Below are positions 37,527-48,266 of a stretch of 64,000 nucleotides of DNA, piece by piece. Origin of the DNA: Candidatus Oxydemutatoraceae bacterium (GTDB taxonomy: Bacteria > Pseudomonadota > Gammaproteobacteria > Poriferisulfidales > Oxydemutatoraceae). The position numbers were made by a program, and so were the translations under genes. The notes beneath the pieces are model-generated. The model did no database searches, had not been told where the DNA came from, and saw only the letters and a list, made by a program, of their open reading frames with translations. The stretch is from assembly GCA_965211995.1 (NCBI GenBank), contig OZ243040.1, positions 1,555,363-1,619,362 of the forward strand, read 5' to 3'. Positions within the stretch are counted from its first letter, which is position 1. Each line of letters opens with the position of its first letter.

Positions 37527-38456
37527 TTACGCGGGCGCCGGCTGCTGATCCGGATGCAGGTAGATAAAACTCTTGCCGAGGCGTCCTGCGTAGTTGCCCG
37601 CCGAGATCATCAGCAGCCCGCCGGTGTCTTTGGACGCGGCAATCGCCGCCTGCGTCGCCTCGATGATGCAGGCCATGTCGCGCCCGTTCATGATGATCTC
37701 CATCACCGATGCGACGCCGTCGGGCAGGCCGCCCTCGACGCCGGGTTCGTCCTGCAGCAACGGGCAGAATTTCTCGTAGGTGCTCGCGATCGTGAAGTCG
37801 TAGTTGCTGCCGGCTTTCGAGCCGCTGCCGGCGACGCCGCCCGGGAAAGTCGTGATCACGCCGGCAACCGGCAGAATCGCGGCGACGCCTTGTTCGGCCG
37901 CGGTCAGCGCCGCGTCGGTGTCCCTGCCGAAAAACCACAGGTTGCCGCCCATGAGTCCGTCGGCGTAACCGAGCCGGCGATCAAGAATGAACTCGCCGCC
38001 GAGGATCGGTATCCACCACATCTTGCGCCCGTAGCGCTCGATGCGTTTTTGGTAGCCGTTGCCGAAGTAGGCGACCTTGCGCCCCATCCGGAAATAGTCT
38101 TCGGAGTCAATCAGGTTGAAGCACGCCGCGGTCGGGCAGGTCAATACGTTCTGGCTGAGGCGCACGAGCGCGGCCTTTTCGAGCCGGGCGGCGCGGTCTT
38201 TCCAAAAGCGCGGCACGTGCAACTGCACCACGGCGCCGGGGCGCCCGTCGGGGGTGTTGAAGTCTTCGTCGCCGCCCGGCCCGACGTAGCGGTCGAGACC
38301 GGCCTCGCAGTCGCACAGGATCGAACTCGAGGCGTTGCCGGTGCAGGCGTTGACCGCGTGATCGAGCCACTTGCGGTCTTTCGCCGTAATCAGGAACTCG
38401 ACGTAGAGGCTTTTGAACGCTTCGGCGTAAGTGTCGTCAATGACCGCGCTCATCAA
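37527..38456 (-). CDS. formylmethanofuran--tetrahydromethanopterin formyltransferase family (Ftr/FhcD)
   Basis: 309 aa, Ftr-fold sequence; part of a C1 (H4MPT) gene context. Confidence 0.75.
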   Translation of the reverse strand: MMSAVIDDTYAEAFKSLYVEFLITAKDRKWLDHAVNACTGNASSSILCDCEAGLDRYVGPGGDEDFNTPDGRPGAVVQLHVPRFWKDRAARLEKAALVRLSQNVLTCPTAACFNLIDSEDYFRMGRKVAYFGNGYQKRIERYGRKMWWIPILGGEFILDRRLGYADGLMGGNLWFFGRDTDAALTAAEQGVAAILPVAGVITTFPGGVAGSGSKAGSNYDFTIASTYEKFCPLLQDEPGVEGGLPDGVASVMEIIMNGRDMACIIEATQAAIAASKDTGGLLMISAGNYAGRLGKSFIYLHPDQQPAPA

Positions 38457-39085
38457 TTCCTTCCCTTGCCGGTGTAAACGTCTTTTTCGGTGATGACCTT
38501 GTCCATGAAAACGTCGTGCGGCCCGACCAGGATCTCGTCGAACAGTTGCGCCTCGTAGCAGAGCGCGACCAGCGGGCAGTCGGGGCGGGCTTTCTCGAGC
38601 AGGCGGTCGTAATAACCCTGACCGTTGCCCATGCGCCCGCCGCGGCGGTCGAAGCCGACGCCGGGCACCATCACGAGATCAAGGCTTTCAGGCGCGACCT
38701 CCTTGTCCGGGTCGCCCCAGCGCGCGCGCGGCGGCTCGAGAATTTTCCACTTGCCGACCACCAGTTCGTCAAAGTTCTCAAGGTGCCACAGCCCCAGTTT
38801 GTTGTCGCCTTTCTCGTCCACCGTGCAGTAGGGGACGATGATCTTCTTGCCGGAGGCTTCGATCTCCTGCTTTAATTGCGGCTGGGTGCGGGTCTCCGAA
38901 CGGCAGTCTATGTACCACATCGCAACCCCGGCGCTTTGGTATTCGGGCAGTTGGGTGAACTTCCCGCAAATGTCCGCGCTGATCTCGTCCTTGTTCTCCT
39001 GTGCGGCGCGCGCGTCGTACGCCTGGCGGCGCATCTTGTTTTTTCTCTCCATCAACGCTTCGAGTTCTTGCGGCGTCAGTGACAT
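38453..39085 (-). CDS. 5-formyltetrahydrofolate cyclo-ligase family protein
   Basis: 210 aa; 'GVGFDRRGGRMGNGQGYYDR' is the 5-FCL signature. Confidence 0.7.
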   Translation of the reverse strand: MSLTPQELEALMERKNKMRRQAYDARAAQENKDEISADICGKFTQLPEYQSAGVAMWYIDCRSETRTQPQLKQEIEASGKKIIVPYCTVDEKGDNKLGLWHLENFDELVVGKWKILEPPRARWGDPDKEVAPESLDLVMVPGVGFDRRGGRMGNGQGYYDRLLEKARPDCPLVALCYEAQLFDEILVGPHDVFMDKVITEKDVYTGKGRN

Positions 39086-39229
39086 CGGGCAATCCTCCGG
39101 TGTGGCGGTTCGGCAACGGCAACGCCGTTGTTTAATCGGGTGGTTTGATCAGGCGCGGGAAAATGAAAGGCGCTAATCCTAACCAATCCGGCGGGACGGG
39201 GCAACGCGCCGCGCTCAATTCCGGCCGGG

Positions 39230-40906
39230 TCAGTCGGTAATTGCGCCCTCGGACGCGGGGCTGACCTGCTTGGCGTATTTCGCGAGCACGCCGCGGCGGT
39301 AGCGCGGGCGCGGCGCCTTCCAGGTCTTCAGGCGGCGGCGAAGTTCGCTTGGGGCGAGGTCGAGATTGATTTCGCGCGCGACTGCGTCAATCGTGATCGG
39401 GTCGCCGTTGCGCACGACCGCGAGCGGCCCGCCGACCGCGGCTTCGGGGGTGACGTGTCCGACGACAAACCCGTGGCTGCCGCCTGAGAAGCGTCCATCA
39501 GTGATCAACGCGACGTCCTTGCCGAGTCCCCTGCCCATCACCGCCGAGGTCGGCGCAAGCATCTCGCGCATACCCGGCCCGCCGCGCGGGCCTTCGTAGC
39601 GGATCACGATCACGTCGCCTTTTTTGACGCTGCCGCCGAGGATGCGCTTGAGCGCGTCTTCTTCGGAGGCGAACACGCGCGCCTTGCCGCTGAAGCGCAG
39701 GCCTTCCTTGCCGGTGATCTTCGCGACCGCGCCCTGCGGCGCGAGGTTGCCGTAGAGGATGACCAGATGACCGTCGCGCTTGATCGGGTCGTCGAGCGGA
39801 CGGATGACGTCCTGCCCGCGCGGGTAGGGCTTGACCGCGGCGAGGTCGTCGCCGAGCGTGCGCCCGGTGACGGTCAGGCAGCCGCCGTGCAGGAGTCCGG
39901 CGTCGAGCAGCGTTTTCATCAGTGGCCGGATGCCGCCGATCGCAACCAGTTCCGACATCATGTAACGCCCGCTCGGGCGCAGGTCGGCGAGCACCGGCAC
40001 GCGCCGCCCGACGCGGGTGAAATCGTCGAGTTTGAGCCTGACGCCGCAGGCGTGCGCCATCGCAAGCAGGTGCAGTACCGCGTTGGTCGAGCCGCCGAGC
40101 GCGGTCACCATGGTGATCGCGTTCTCAAACGCCTTCTTGGTCATAATGTCGCGCGGCAGGATGGCTTTTTTGATCAATTGCATCACCGCCGCACCCGCCG
40201 CGACGCAGTCGTTGACCTTCGCGCGCGACGTCGCGTTCTGCGCCGAACTCCCCGGCAGGCTCATGCCCATCGCCTCAATCGCCGACGCCATCGTGTTCGC
40301 GGTGTACATGCCGCCGCAAGCGCCGGGACCGGGGATCGCGCACACCTCGATTGCGTGCAGTTCGCGCTTGCTGATCTTGCGCCGCGCCGCTGCGCCGACG
40401 GCCTCGAACACCGAGACGACGTCCACCTTGCGGCGGCGGCGCACGCCGGGCAGGATCGTGCCGCCGTAAACGAACACCGCGGGGCGGTTGAGGCGCGCCA
40501 GCGCGATCAGGCAGCCCGGCATGTTCTTGTCGCAGCCGCCGATCGCGACGAGGCCGTCAAACCCCTCGCAGGCGGCGACGGTCTCGATCGAGTCGGCGAT
40601 GACCTCGCGCGATACCAGCGAGTACTTCATGCCCTCGGTGCCCATCGAGATGCCGTCGGAGATCGTGATGGTGTTGAAGATCACCGCCTTGCCGCCGGCC
40701 CCGTCGGCACCGCGCCCCGCGTGGCGCGCGAGTTTGTCAATGTGGACGTTGCACGGCGTCACTTCGCTCCAGGTCGAGGCGACGCCGACCTGCGGCTTTT
40801 TGAAATCCGCGTCCTTGAAGCCGACCGCGCGCAGCATCGAGCGGCTCGGCGCGCGCGCGGCGCCATCCACCATCGGCGATGAATACCGTCTGAGTTTGGA
40901 AGTCAC
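39230..40906 (-). CDS. ilvD: dihydroxy-acid dehydratase
   Basis: IlvD/Edd family ('CDKNMPG', '[11 protein letters not shown]'); GTG start at 40906 giving 'TSKLRRYSS...'; the upstream part of the 685-aa ORF is spurious. Confidence 0.85.
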   Translation of the reverse strand: MTSKLRRYSSPMVDGAARAPSRSMLRAVGFKDADFKKPQVGVASTWSEVTPCNVHIDKLARHAGRGADGAGGKAVIFNTITISDGISMGTEGMKYSLVSREVIADSIETVAACEGFDGLVAIGGCDKNMPGCLIALARLNRPAVFVYGGTILPGVRRRRKVDVVSVFEAVGAAARRKISKRELHAIEVCAIPGPGACGGMYTANTMASAIEAMGMSLPGSSAQNATSRAKVNDCVAAGAAVMQLIKKAILPRDIMTKKAFENAITMVTALGGSTNAVLHLLAMAHACGVRLKLDDFTRVGRRVPVLADLRPSGRYMMSELVAIGGIRPLMKTLLDAGLLHGGCLTVTGRTLGDDLAAVKPYPRGQDVIRPLDDPIKRDGHLVILYGNLAPQGAVAKITGKEGLRFSGKARVFASEEDALKRILGGSVKKGDVIVIRYEGPRGGPGMREMLAPTSAVMGRGLGKDVALITDGRFSGGSHGFVVGHVTPEAAVGGPLAVVRNGDPITIDAVAREINLDLAPSELRRRLKTWKAPRPRYRRGVLAKYAKQVSPASEGAITD

Positions 40907-41021
40907 TGGATTCGATGCCTCGTCATGCCCGGCAACCCTTTGCTTTTGCGGAATAGTTGCTATTCTACTGTAAGCGGCCGGGCGCACCGGGCGCGGTTTC
41001 AAACCCGGCGAGGAAAACAAC

Positions 41022-41870
41022 TTGGCAACGGCGTTATCTTCCAAAGTCGCGGCAGTCCAGATGAACAGCGGCGCCGACACCGCCGCGAACCTTGCGTGCG
41101 CGGGCGAATTGGTCGCGCGCGCCGCCGCCGCCGGTGCCGGCCTCGTCGTGCTGCCCGAAGTGTTCGCGTTCATCGGCCGCGACCTCGGCGAGCAACTCGG
41201 CGCGTGCGAAGACGACGGCGGCGGGCCAATCCAGGACTTTCTCGCGGCGTTGGCGCGCACGCACGGCGTATGGCTGGTCGGCGGCACGTTCCCGCTGCGT
41301 TCGCCGCGCCCCGACCGGGCGTACGCGGCGTGCGCGCTGTATGACCCGCACGGGCAACGCGCTGCGATCTACCGCAAGATTCACTTGTTCGACGTGCGCG
41401 TGAGTGACGCCGGCGAAGAGTATTCGGAGTCGCGCACGTTCACGCCCGGCGACGAAGTCGTGGTCGCCGACACGCCGTTCGGGCGCTGCGGTCTCGCGGT
41501 GTGCTACGACCTGCGCTTCCCCGAACTGTTCCGTGCGATGCTCGACCGCGGCGTTGACCTCGTCGCACTGCCGTCGGCGTTCACCGAGGCAACCGGACGG
41601 GCGCACTGGGAAACGCTGCTGCGCGCACGCGCGGTCGAGAACCTGGTGTACGTCGTCGCCGCCAACCAGACCGGCCGCCACGCCAACGGCCGCACAACCT
41701 GGGGGCACAGCACGGTGGTGGACCCGTGGGGACGCACGCTCGCCGCACTCGAGCGCGGCGAGGACGTCGCCGTCGCCGAACTCGACCGCACATTCCAGGC
41801 GCGCGTACGCAAAGAGTTTCCGTGCACCGACCACCGCCGGCTCTCATCGCCGCCGCGGACGCGGGAATGA
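41022..41870 (+). CDS. carbon-nitrogen hydrolase family protein (nitrilase/omega-amidase-like)
   Basis: Catalytic E-K-C pattern: 'VVLPE', 'RKIHLFD', '[12 protein letters not shown]'. Confidence 0.8.
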   Translation: MATALSSKVAAVQMNSGADTAANLACAGELVARAAAAGAGLVVLPEVFAFIGRDLGEQLGACEDDGGGPIQDFLAALARTHGVWLVGGTFPLRSPRPDRAYAACALYDPHGQRAAIYRKIHLFDVRVSDAGEEYSESRTFTPGDEVVVADTPFGRCGLAVCYDLRFPELFRAMLDRGVDLVALPSAFTEATGRAHWETLLRARAVENLVYVVAANQTGRHANGRTTWGHSTVVDPWGRTLAALERGEDVAVAELDRTFQARVRKEFPCTDHRRLSSPPRTRE

Positions 41871-41931
41871 GTCAACTCGGGCGTGATACGCTAAAGCGCA
41901 CTTAAACGATCCACACGGAGTTCGAAGACGC

Positions 41932-43374
41932 ATGGGCAAGGCACTGACCATCGCCAAAGAAAAACTGCTGAGTCCGTTCGGCTTGGAGGAGGCGCATCTG
42001 GGCGAGGCGCTGTCGCAACTGATGGGGCCGAGCATTGACGACGGCGACGTGTTTATGCAGTACGCGCGCCACGAGTCGTGGGCGATCGAAGACGGGCTCG
42101 TCAAGGAAGCCGGTTTCGGCATTGATCAGGGCGTCGGCGTGCGGGCGGTTAGCGGCGAGAAGACCGGTTTTGCCTATTCCGACGAGATCGCGTTGCCGGC
42201 GTTGCTCGACGCGAGCCGTGCGGCGCGGCGCATCGCGCGTGCGGGCGACAGCGGGCAGGTGCGGGCGCGGGGCGGCGCGGCCGAGCGCGGGCTGTACGCG
42301 GTGCAGGATCCGATGGCCGACCTCGGCGACGCCGACAAGGTCGAACTGCTGCAATCAATAGACCGGATGGCGCGCGCGGCCGACGGGCGCGTGCGGCAGG
42401 TGATGGCGTCGCTCACGGGCGAGCACGAGGTGATGATGGTCGCCGCCGCCGACGGCACCCTGACCGCCGACGTGCGCCCGCTGGTGCGGCTGAACGTCAG
42501 CGTCATCGTCGAGCAGGACGGGCGGCGCGAACAGGGCGGCGCCGGCGCCGGCGGGCGTTACGGCTACGACGTGTTCGTCCGCCGCGGCACCGCGAAATCT
42601 CTGGTGGACGAGGCGGTGCGTCAGGCGCTGCTCAATCTCGAAGCGGTCGCGGCGCCGGCGGGCAACATGGTGGTGGTGCTCGGCCCCGGCTGGCCCGGGG
42701 TCTTGCTGCACGAGGCGGTCGGACACGGACTTGAGGGCGACTTCGGGCGCAAAGGCACTTCGGCTTTCAGCGGGCGCCTCGGCGAGCGCGTCGCAAGCCG
42801 GGGCGTGACGGTGGTGGACGACGGCACGCTCAAGCACCGGCGCGGCTCGCTGAACGTGGACGACGAAGGCACGCCGACGCAATGCACGACGCTGATAGAG
42901 GACGGGATCCTAAAGGGCTTCATGCAGGACAAGATGAACGCGCGGCTGATGGGGGTGCCGGTGACCGGCAACGGCCGGCGTGAATCCTATTCGCATCTGC
43001 CGATGCCGCGCATGACCAACACCTACATGCTCGCGGGCGCACACGACCCCGCCGAGATTATCGCATCGGTGAAGAAAGGCTTTTACGCGGTCAACTTCGG
43101 CGGCGGCCAGGTGGATATCACTTCGGGGCAGTTCGTGTTCTCGGCGTCGGAAGCGTATCTGATCGAGAACGGCAAGGTGACCACGCCGGTCAAGGGCGCG
43201 ACGCTGATCGGCTACGGCCCGAAGGTGCTGACGCGGGTGAGCATGATCGGCGACGATCTCCAACTCGACGACGGCATCGGCACCTGCGGCAAGCAGGGGC
43301 AGATGGTGCCGGTCGGCGTCGGTCAGCCGACCCTGCGCATTGACGGCCTCACCGTCGGGGGCGTCAACGCTTGA
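41932..43374 (+). CDS. tldD: metalloprotease TldD
   Basis: 480 aa with a typical TldD sequence. Confidence 0.9.
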   Translation: MGKALTIAKEKLLSPFGLEEAHLGEALSQLMGPSIDDGDVFMQYARHESWAIEDGLVKEAGFGIDQGVGVRAVSGEKTGFAYSDEIALPALLDASRAARRIARAGDSGQVRARGGAAERGLYAVQDPMADLGDADKVELLQSIDRMARAADGRVRQVMASLTGEHEVMMVAAADGTLTADVRPLVRLNVSVIVEQDGRREQGGAGAGGRYGYDVFVRRGTAKSLVDEAVRQALLNLEAVAAPAGNMVVVLGPGWPGVLLHEAVGHGLEGDFGRKGTSAFSGRLGERVASRGVTVVDDGTLKHRRGSLNVDDEGTPTQCTTLIEDGILKGFMQDKMNARLMGVPVTGNGRRESYSHLPMPRMTNTYMLAGAHDPAEIIASVKKGFYAVNFGGGQVDITSGQFVFSASEAYLIENGKVTTPVKGATLIGYGPKVLTRVSMIGDDLQLDDGIGTCGKQGQMVPVGVGQPTLRIDGLTVGGVNA

Positions 43375-44705
43375 GTGCGCCCGCGCTCGAAAGCGATCTC
43401 GCGGCAATCGCCGATACCGCGCTTAAGGAAGCCGTGCGCCGCGGCGCGGACGCCGCCGAAGCGGTGGCGAGCGCGGCGCGCGGCCTGGCGGTCACCGCGC
43501 GTCTCGGCGATGTCGAAACCCTGGAGCACAGCAACGACCGCTCGCTCGGCGTCACGGTTTATTTCGGCGCGCGCAAAGGCACGTCGAGCGTGTCCGATTT
43601 CTCGCCGCAAACGGTGTCCGAAGCGGTCGCGACCGCGTGCGGTATCGCGCGCTACACCTCCGAGGACGCTTGCGCGGGTCTCGCCGACGCCGCGCTGATG
43701 GCGACCGACTTTCCCGACCTCGATCTGGACCGGCGCTGGGACCTCGACGCCGAACGCGCGATCAACATCGCGGTCGAGTGCGAAAACGAAATGCGCGCCG
43801 CCGACAAGGTGGTCAACACCGAGGGCGCGTCGGTATCCACGCTGCGCGGCGCCCATTGCTACGCGAACACCCACGGCTTTGCGCACACCGTCGCCGCGAC
43901 CCGGCACAGCATCAGCGGTGTCGCGGTCGCCGACGCCCGCAACGGCACCGGTATGCAGCGCGACTTCTGGTACAGCGTCCACCGCCACCCCGAACGCCTT
44001 GAACCGCACCGCGAGATCGGGCGGCGCGCGGCGGCGCGCGCGGTGCGGCGTCTCGGCGCGCGCAAACTGAAGACGCGCAAAGCGCCGGTGTTGTTTGAAG
44101 CCGCGCTCGCGACCGGGCTGCTGTCGCAGTTGGCCGCTGCGATCAGCGGCGGCGCTTTGTATCGCCGCACGTCGTTTCTGCTCGACGCGCTCGGCGAACA
44201 ACTGTTTCCTTCGTTTGTGCGGATCGCGGAGCGCCCGCGCCTGCCCGGCGCACTCGGCAGCGCGTGCTTTGACGCCGAGGGCGTCGCCACCCGCGAACAC
44301 GCGATCATAGACAACGGCGCGCTCGCCAGTTACGTGCTCGACAGTTATTCGGCGCGCAAACTCGGCGCACAGACCACCGCCAACGCCGGCGGCATCCACA
44401 ACTGGGTGTTCGAGGGCGAAACCCGCCCGCCGGACGCGCTGTTCGAGGAAATGGGAGACGGATTTTTCGTCACCGAATTGATGGGGCACGGCGTCAACAT
44501 GGTCACCGGCGACTACTCCCGCGGCGCCGCCGGGTTTTGGGTCGAGGGCGGCAAGATCGCCTACCCGGTTGCGGAAGTGACAATCGCCGCGAACCTGCGC
44601 GACGTGTTCAAAAATATCATTGCCGTCGGCGACGACGTGGATTGGCGCGGCAACGTTTTATGCGGCTCAATCCTCGTCGGCGACATGACCGTCGCGGGCG
44701 ATTAA
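43371..44705 (+). CDS. pmbA: metalloprotease PmbA (TldE)
   Basis: 444 aa; TTG start overlaps the tldD stop. Confidence 0.85.
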   Translation: MSAPALESDLAAIADTALKEAVRRGADAAEAVASAARGLAVTARLGDVETLEHSNDRSLGVTVYFGARKGTSSVSDFSPQTVSEAVATACGIARYTSEDACAGLADAALMATDFPDLDLDRRWDLDAERAINIAVECENEMRAADKVVNTEGASVSTLRGAHCYANTHGFAHTVAATRHSISGVAVADARNGTGMQRDFWYSVHRHPERLEPHREIGRRAAARAVRRLGARKLKTRKAPVLFEAALATGLLSQLAAAISGGALYRRTSFLLDALGEQLFPSFVRIAERPRLPGALGSACFDAEGVATREHAIIDNGALASYVLDSYSARKLGAQTTANAGGIHNWVFEGETRPPDALFEEMGDGFFVTELMGHGVNMVTGDYSRGAAGFWVEGGKIAYPVAEVTIAANLRDVFKNIIAVGDDVDWRGNVLCGSILVGDMTVAGD

Positions 44706-44905
44706 AGACTCCGGCAACCCTCGTTTTCACGCCGCCGGCGCCGGCATAGTCATCGGCGACTACTCCCGCGGCGGCGGGTTTTGGATCGAGGGCGGCAAGA
44801 TCGCCTACCCGGTTGCGGAAGTGACAATCGCCGCAAACCTGCGCGACGTGTTCAAAAACATTATCGCCGTCGGCGACGACGTGGATTGGCGGGGAGCCGG
44901 GCGGG
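44509..44905. repeat. duplication of the pmbA 3' end (~150 bp copied ~246 bp downstream)
   Basis: 'gactactcccgcggcg...ggttttgg.tcgagggcggcaagatcgcctacccggttgcggaagtgacaatcgccgc.aacctgcgcgacgtgttcaaaaa' at 44509 and again at 44757. Confidence 0.85.
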
Positions 44906-45035
44906 CGCAGCCCGGTCGGTGGGGGGAAATACACAAGACGCCCGCGGGCGGGCACAAAACAATAACGGGCAAACACCGCACTTCAGACTTGAATCCGGCC
45001 TCCCGCCCGCGGGGGCGACCTGCCAACGGCTTCGC

Positions 45036-46253
45036 CTACACCGCGTCCAGCCTGCGCCACCTGTTTGGCAGCAGGTGCAAGTCGGCCATGCCGGCGACCA
45101 GCGCCTTGCCGAAAGTCGCTTGGTCTTCATAGACGAGGCGGTAGTACTCGACTTTCATCGTCAGTGCCGCGCCCAGCACGATGAACGCGAAAGTGACGAA
45201 CGAGCCCAGCGCGAGCGTGGAGGCGCCGGTGATCGCCTGTCCGAAAGTGCAGCCGAGCGAGAGCACGCCGCCGACCCCCATCAGCAGGCCGCCGCCGAGA
45301 TGGCGCGCGAAGTCCGCAAACGACGAGAACCATTCGACCCGGAACTTGCGGAACGCAACGGAGTAGATGAACGAGCCGAGCATCACGCCGGCGGCGGCGA
45401 CCAGCGCGAAAGTGACAACGTTCAGCGCGAAGCCTTCCTGAATGAGGTAGTAGAAATGCGCGGTCGGCTTGACGAAGGTCAGCGACTGCGCGCCGACGTC
45501 GTAGGGGCGTTCGTCGAGGAACTCGATCTCCTCAAGCAGCGTCCGCCCGAGCGGCCCGGCGGTAACAAACCACGCGGCGACGACCGCGATGCCGACGACG
45601 AGGCCGCCGAGCACGTTGTCGAACTTATCGCGCAGGTCGTCGGACTTGAACGCCCAGGTCAGCAGCAAAGCACCGAGCACAATGCCGACGATCAGGCGCA
45701 GGTCGGCGTCTTCCAACCCGAGCGCGCCCGCGAGCAGGGCCGCGACGTTCTGGCTGTCGATGCCGTAGTTGGCGAAATTGACCGCCAGCGGCTGCATCCA
45801 GCGCAAAAACAAGTTGTAACTGAAGTCGGTGTAGATCATCACGTAGGCGGCGGCGCCCATCGCGAGGAACACCACCACGGATTTAACGTTGCCGCCGCCG
45901 ATGCGCACCATGGTCTTGTTGCCGCAGCCGGAACCGAGCGTCATGCCGATCCCGAACAACAAGCCGCCGAGCACGTAGCGCAACCATACGAATTGCGGCG
46001 CGGCGTAGGGCGGCTTGCCGGTGTCGCCGCTGTTGACCAGCGTCATATCCACCGCCGCAACGCTGTCGAGCAGCGCGATGCCGACGATGGCGACGGCGAT
46101 TGCGAGCACCCACGCGCGCATACGCCCGGTGTCGCCGATGTTGATCCAGTCCGACACCGCGCCCATCGTGCAGAAGTGGGTCTTGCTGACGACCGCGCCC
46201 ATAACCAGCGCGATCACCAGTCCCCACAGCAGTATTTGATGCGTCAATTCCAT
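45036..46253 (-). CDS. YeeE/YedE family sulfur-compound transporter (two-domain form)
   Basis: 405 aa polytopic membrane protein with duplicated 'GSGCG'/'LGCTFG' motifs. Confidence 0.7.
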   Translation of the reverse strand: MELTHQILLWGLVIALVMGAVVSKTHFCTMGAVSDWINIGDTGRMRAWVLAIAVAIVGIALLDSVAAVDMTLVNSGDTGKPPYAAPQFVWLRYVLGGLLFGIGMTLGSGCGNKTMVRIGGGNVKSVVVFLAMGAAAYVMIYTDFSYNLFLRWMQPLAVNFANYGIDSQNVAALLAGALGLEDADLRLIVGIVLGALLLTWAFKSDDLRDKFDNVLGGLVVGIAVVAAWFVTAGPLGRTLLEEIEFLDERPYDVGAQSLTFVKPTAHFYYLIQEGFALNVVTFALVAAAGVMLGSFIYSVAFRKFRVEWFSSFADFARHLGGGLLMGVGGVLSLGCTFGQAITGASTLALGSFVTFAFIVLGAALTMKVEYYRLVYEDQATFGKALVAGMADLHLLPNRWRRLDAV

Positions 46254-46286
46254 GCGTTGCAGCGTGCGTTGCGCGTGCGGAAATGA

Positions 46287-47048
46287 TTATACATAAGGCG
46301 TCGGGTCGGGAACGCCGGCGTCGCTGAAGCCGCGTGCGCGGAAACGGCAGGAGTCGCAACGCCCGCACGCACGGCCCGCGGCGTCGGCGCGGTAGCACGA
46401 CACGGTCAACGAGTAATCCACGCCGATGGCGGCGCCGCGGCGGATGATGCCGGCCTTGCTGAGCTTCACCAGCGGCGCGTGGACGCGGATGCGTTCGCCG
46501 GCGACACCGGCGCGGGTCGCGAGGTTGGCGACGGTCTCGAACGCGGCCAGGAACTCGGGGCGGCAATCGGGATAACCCGGGTAGTCCACCGCGTTTGCGC
46601 CGATAAAGAGATCGCGCGCGCCGAGCGCCTCGGCCCAGGCGAGCGCCAGCGACAGGAACACCGTGTTGCGCGCGGGGACGTAAGTGACCGGGATGCCGGA
46701 GTGCGGCTTCGCGCTCTCAACCGCGCCTTGACCGTCGTCGTTATGCAAATGCTGCGACCGTGCGGGTTCAGGCGCCGGCGAACCGGGATGCTCCGGCGGA
46801 CTGACCGGCACTGCAATCGCGGCGTCGGTCAGCGCCGAGCCGCCGAACAACTCCGATGACAACGAATAGACGCGGTGTTCCTCGGCGCCGAGGTGTTTTG
46901 CAACGCGCGCCGCCGCGTCGAGTTCGGCACCGTGACGCTGGCCGTAGGCGAAACTCAAGGCGTGGCAGACAAACCCCTGTTCACGCGCGAGCGCGAGCGT
47001 GGTCGCGGAATCGAGTCCCCCGGACAGTAAAACCACCGCGCGCCTCAT
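46287..47048 (-). CDS. queC: 7-cyano-7-deazaguanine synthase
   Basis: '[10 protein letters not shown]' PP-loop and C-terminal Cys cluster; contains a ~40-aa Pro/Ala-rich insertion. Confidence 0.85.
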   Translation of the reverse strand: MRRAVVLLSGGLDSATTLALAREQGFVCHALSFAYGQRHGAELDAAARVAKHLGAEEHRVYSLSSELFGGSALTDAAIAVPVSPPEHPGSPAPEPARSQHLHNDDGQGAVESAKPHSGIPVTYVPARNTVFLSLALAWAEALGARDLFIGANAVDYPGYPDCRPEFLAAFETVANLATRAGVAGERIRVHAPLVKLSKAGIIRRGAAIGVDYSLTVSCYRADAAGRACGRCDSCRFRARGFSDAGVPDPTPYV

Positions 47049-47089
47049 AGCGTTGACTCCCAATAAAGCGCAAACACCGCGCACCGCAA

Positions 47090-47825
47090 GGACCGCGTCA
47101 CCCGCCCGGCACGTCGCCCCACGGAAGTTTGTGCAACTGCCATTACAGGTGCATGGGCAGGCGCACGGGCAGGCGGTCGGCGAGAATCCAGTCGGCGAAC
47201 GCGGCGGCGTCCCGGCGCTGCCACGCCGGAGAAAACAGTACTTCGCAACGCGCCGCGAGCAGGGGCCGCTTGACTTGACGCTGCGCCCATTCGTAGTCGT
47301 CGCGGTCGCAAATCACGAACTTAACCTGGTCGCCGGCACGCAACGGGCGCGTCACCTGCCCGGCACGTCGCCCCACAGAAGTTTGTGCAACTGCCATTAC
47401 AGGCGCATGGGCAGGCCGGTCGGCGAGCGCGGCGGCGTCCTGACGCTGCCACGCCGGAGAAAACAGCACTTCGCAACGCGCCGCGAGCAGGTGTCGCTTA
47501 ACTTGACGCTTCGCCCATTCGTAGTCGTCGCGGTCGCAAATCACGAACTTAACCTGGTCGCCGGCACGCAACGGGCGCGTCACCTGCCCGGCACGTCGCC
47601 CCACAGAAGTTTGTGCAACTGCAATTGCAGACGCACGGGCAGGTGGTCGGCGAGAATCCAGTCGGCGAGCGCGGCGGCGTCCTGGCGCTGCCACGCCGGA
47701 GAAAACAGCACTTCGCAACGCGCCGCGAGCAGGTGCCGCTTAACTTGACGCTTCGCCCATTCGTAGTCGTCGCGGTCGCAAATCACGAACTTAACCTGGT
47801 CGCCGGCACGCAGGTGCTCGACGTT
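47090..47825. repeat. tandem triplication (~230-255 bp unit) of the queE 3' end, filling the queE-queC intergenic space
   Basis: Marker 'gcgtcacc.gcccggcacgtcgccccac.gaagtttgtgcaactgc' at 47092, 47349 and 47577. Confidence 0.85.
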
Positions 47826-48266
47826 TGAATAAAGGTTGCGCTCACATTCGCCCGATGCGGGGGTTTTTAAATCCATGACCCGCTCGACGCGCGCATCTAC
47901 TGCCGAAATATCGTGCGCGCCGCCGGTTTCGAGCGAAACCGCATAGCCCGCGTCGCACAGGCGGGTCAACAAGTCGAGGCTGCGCGGCTGCGCGAGCGGC
48001 TCGCCGCCGGTGACGGTCACGCGCCGCGGCGCGTACGCCGCAACCTGCGACAAGATCTCGGCGAGGCTCATCCCGCGCCCGCCGCTAAAGGCGTATGCAG
48101 TGTCGCAATAGTCGCAGCGCAGCGGGCAACCGGTCAGGCGCACGAATACGGTGGGGAGGCCCGCGTGCGTGGATTCGCCCTGCAGCGAATAAAAAATCTC
48201 GGTGATCTTGACTTGTATTTCTCGCACAGGGGACGCGATGACCGCGCCGTCGGCCACGGCGCTCAT
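47580..48266 (-). CDS. queE: 7-carboxy-7-deazaguanine synthase (radical SAM)
   Basis: 'CPLRCDYCDT' radical-SAM cluster, 'IFYSLQGE' start region. Confidence 0.85.
   Translation of the reverse strand: MSAVADGAVIASPVREIQVKITEIFYSLQGESTHAGLPTVFVRLTGCPLRCDYCDTAYAFSGGRGMSLAEILSQVAAYAPRRVTVTGGEPLAQPRSLDLLTRLCDAGYAVSLETGGAHDISAVDARVERVMDLKTPASGECERNLYSNVEHLRAGDQVKFVICDRDDYEWAKRQVKRHLLAARCEVLFSPAWQRQDAAALADWILADHLPVRLQLQLHKLLWGDVPGR

Noticed and set aside
39767-41834. Several 260-370-aa ORFs antisense to ilvD and to the CN-hydrolase gene
   Set aside because: They are GC-rich antisense frames without motifs.
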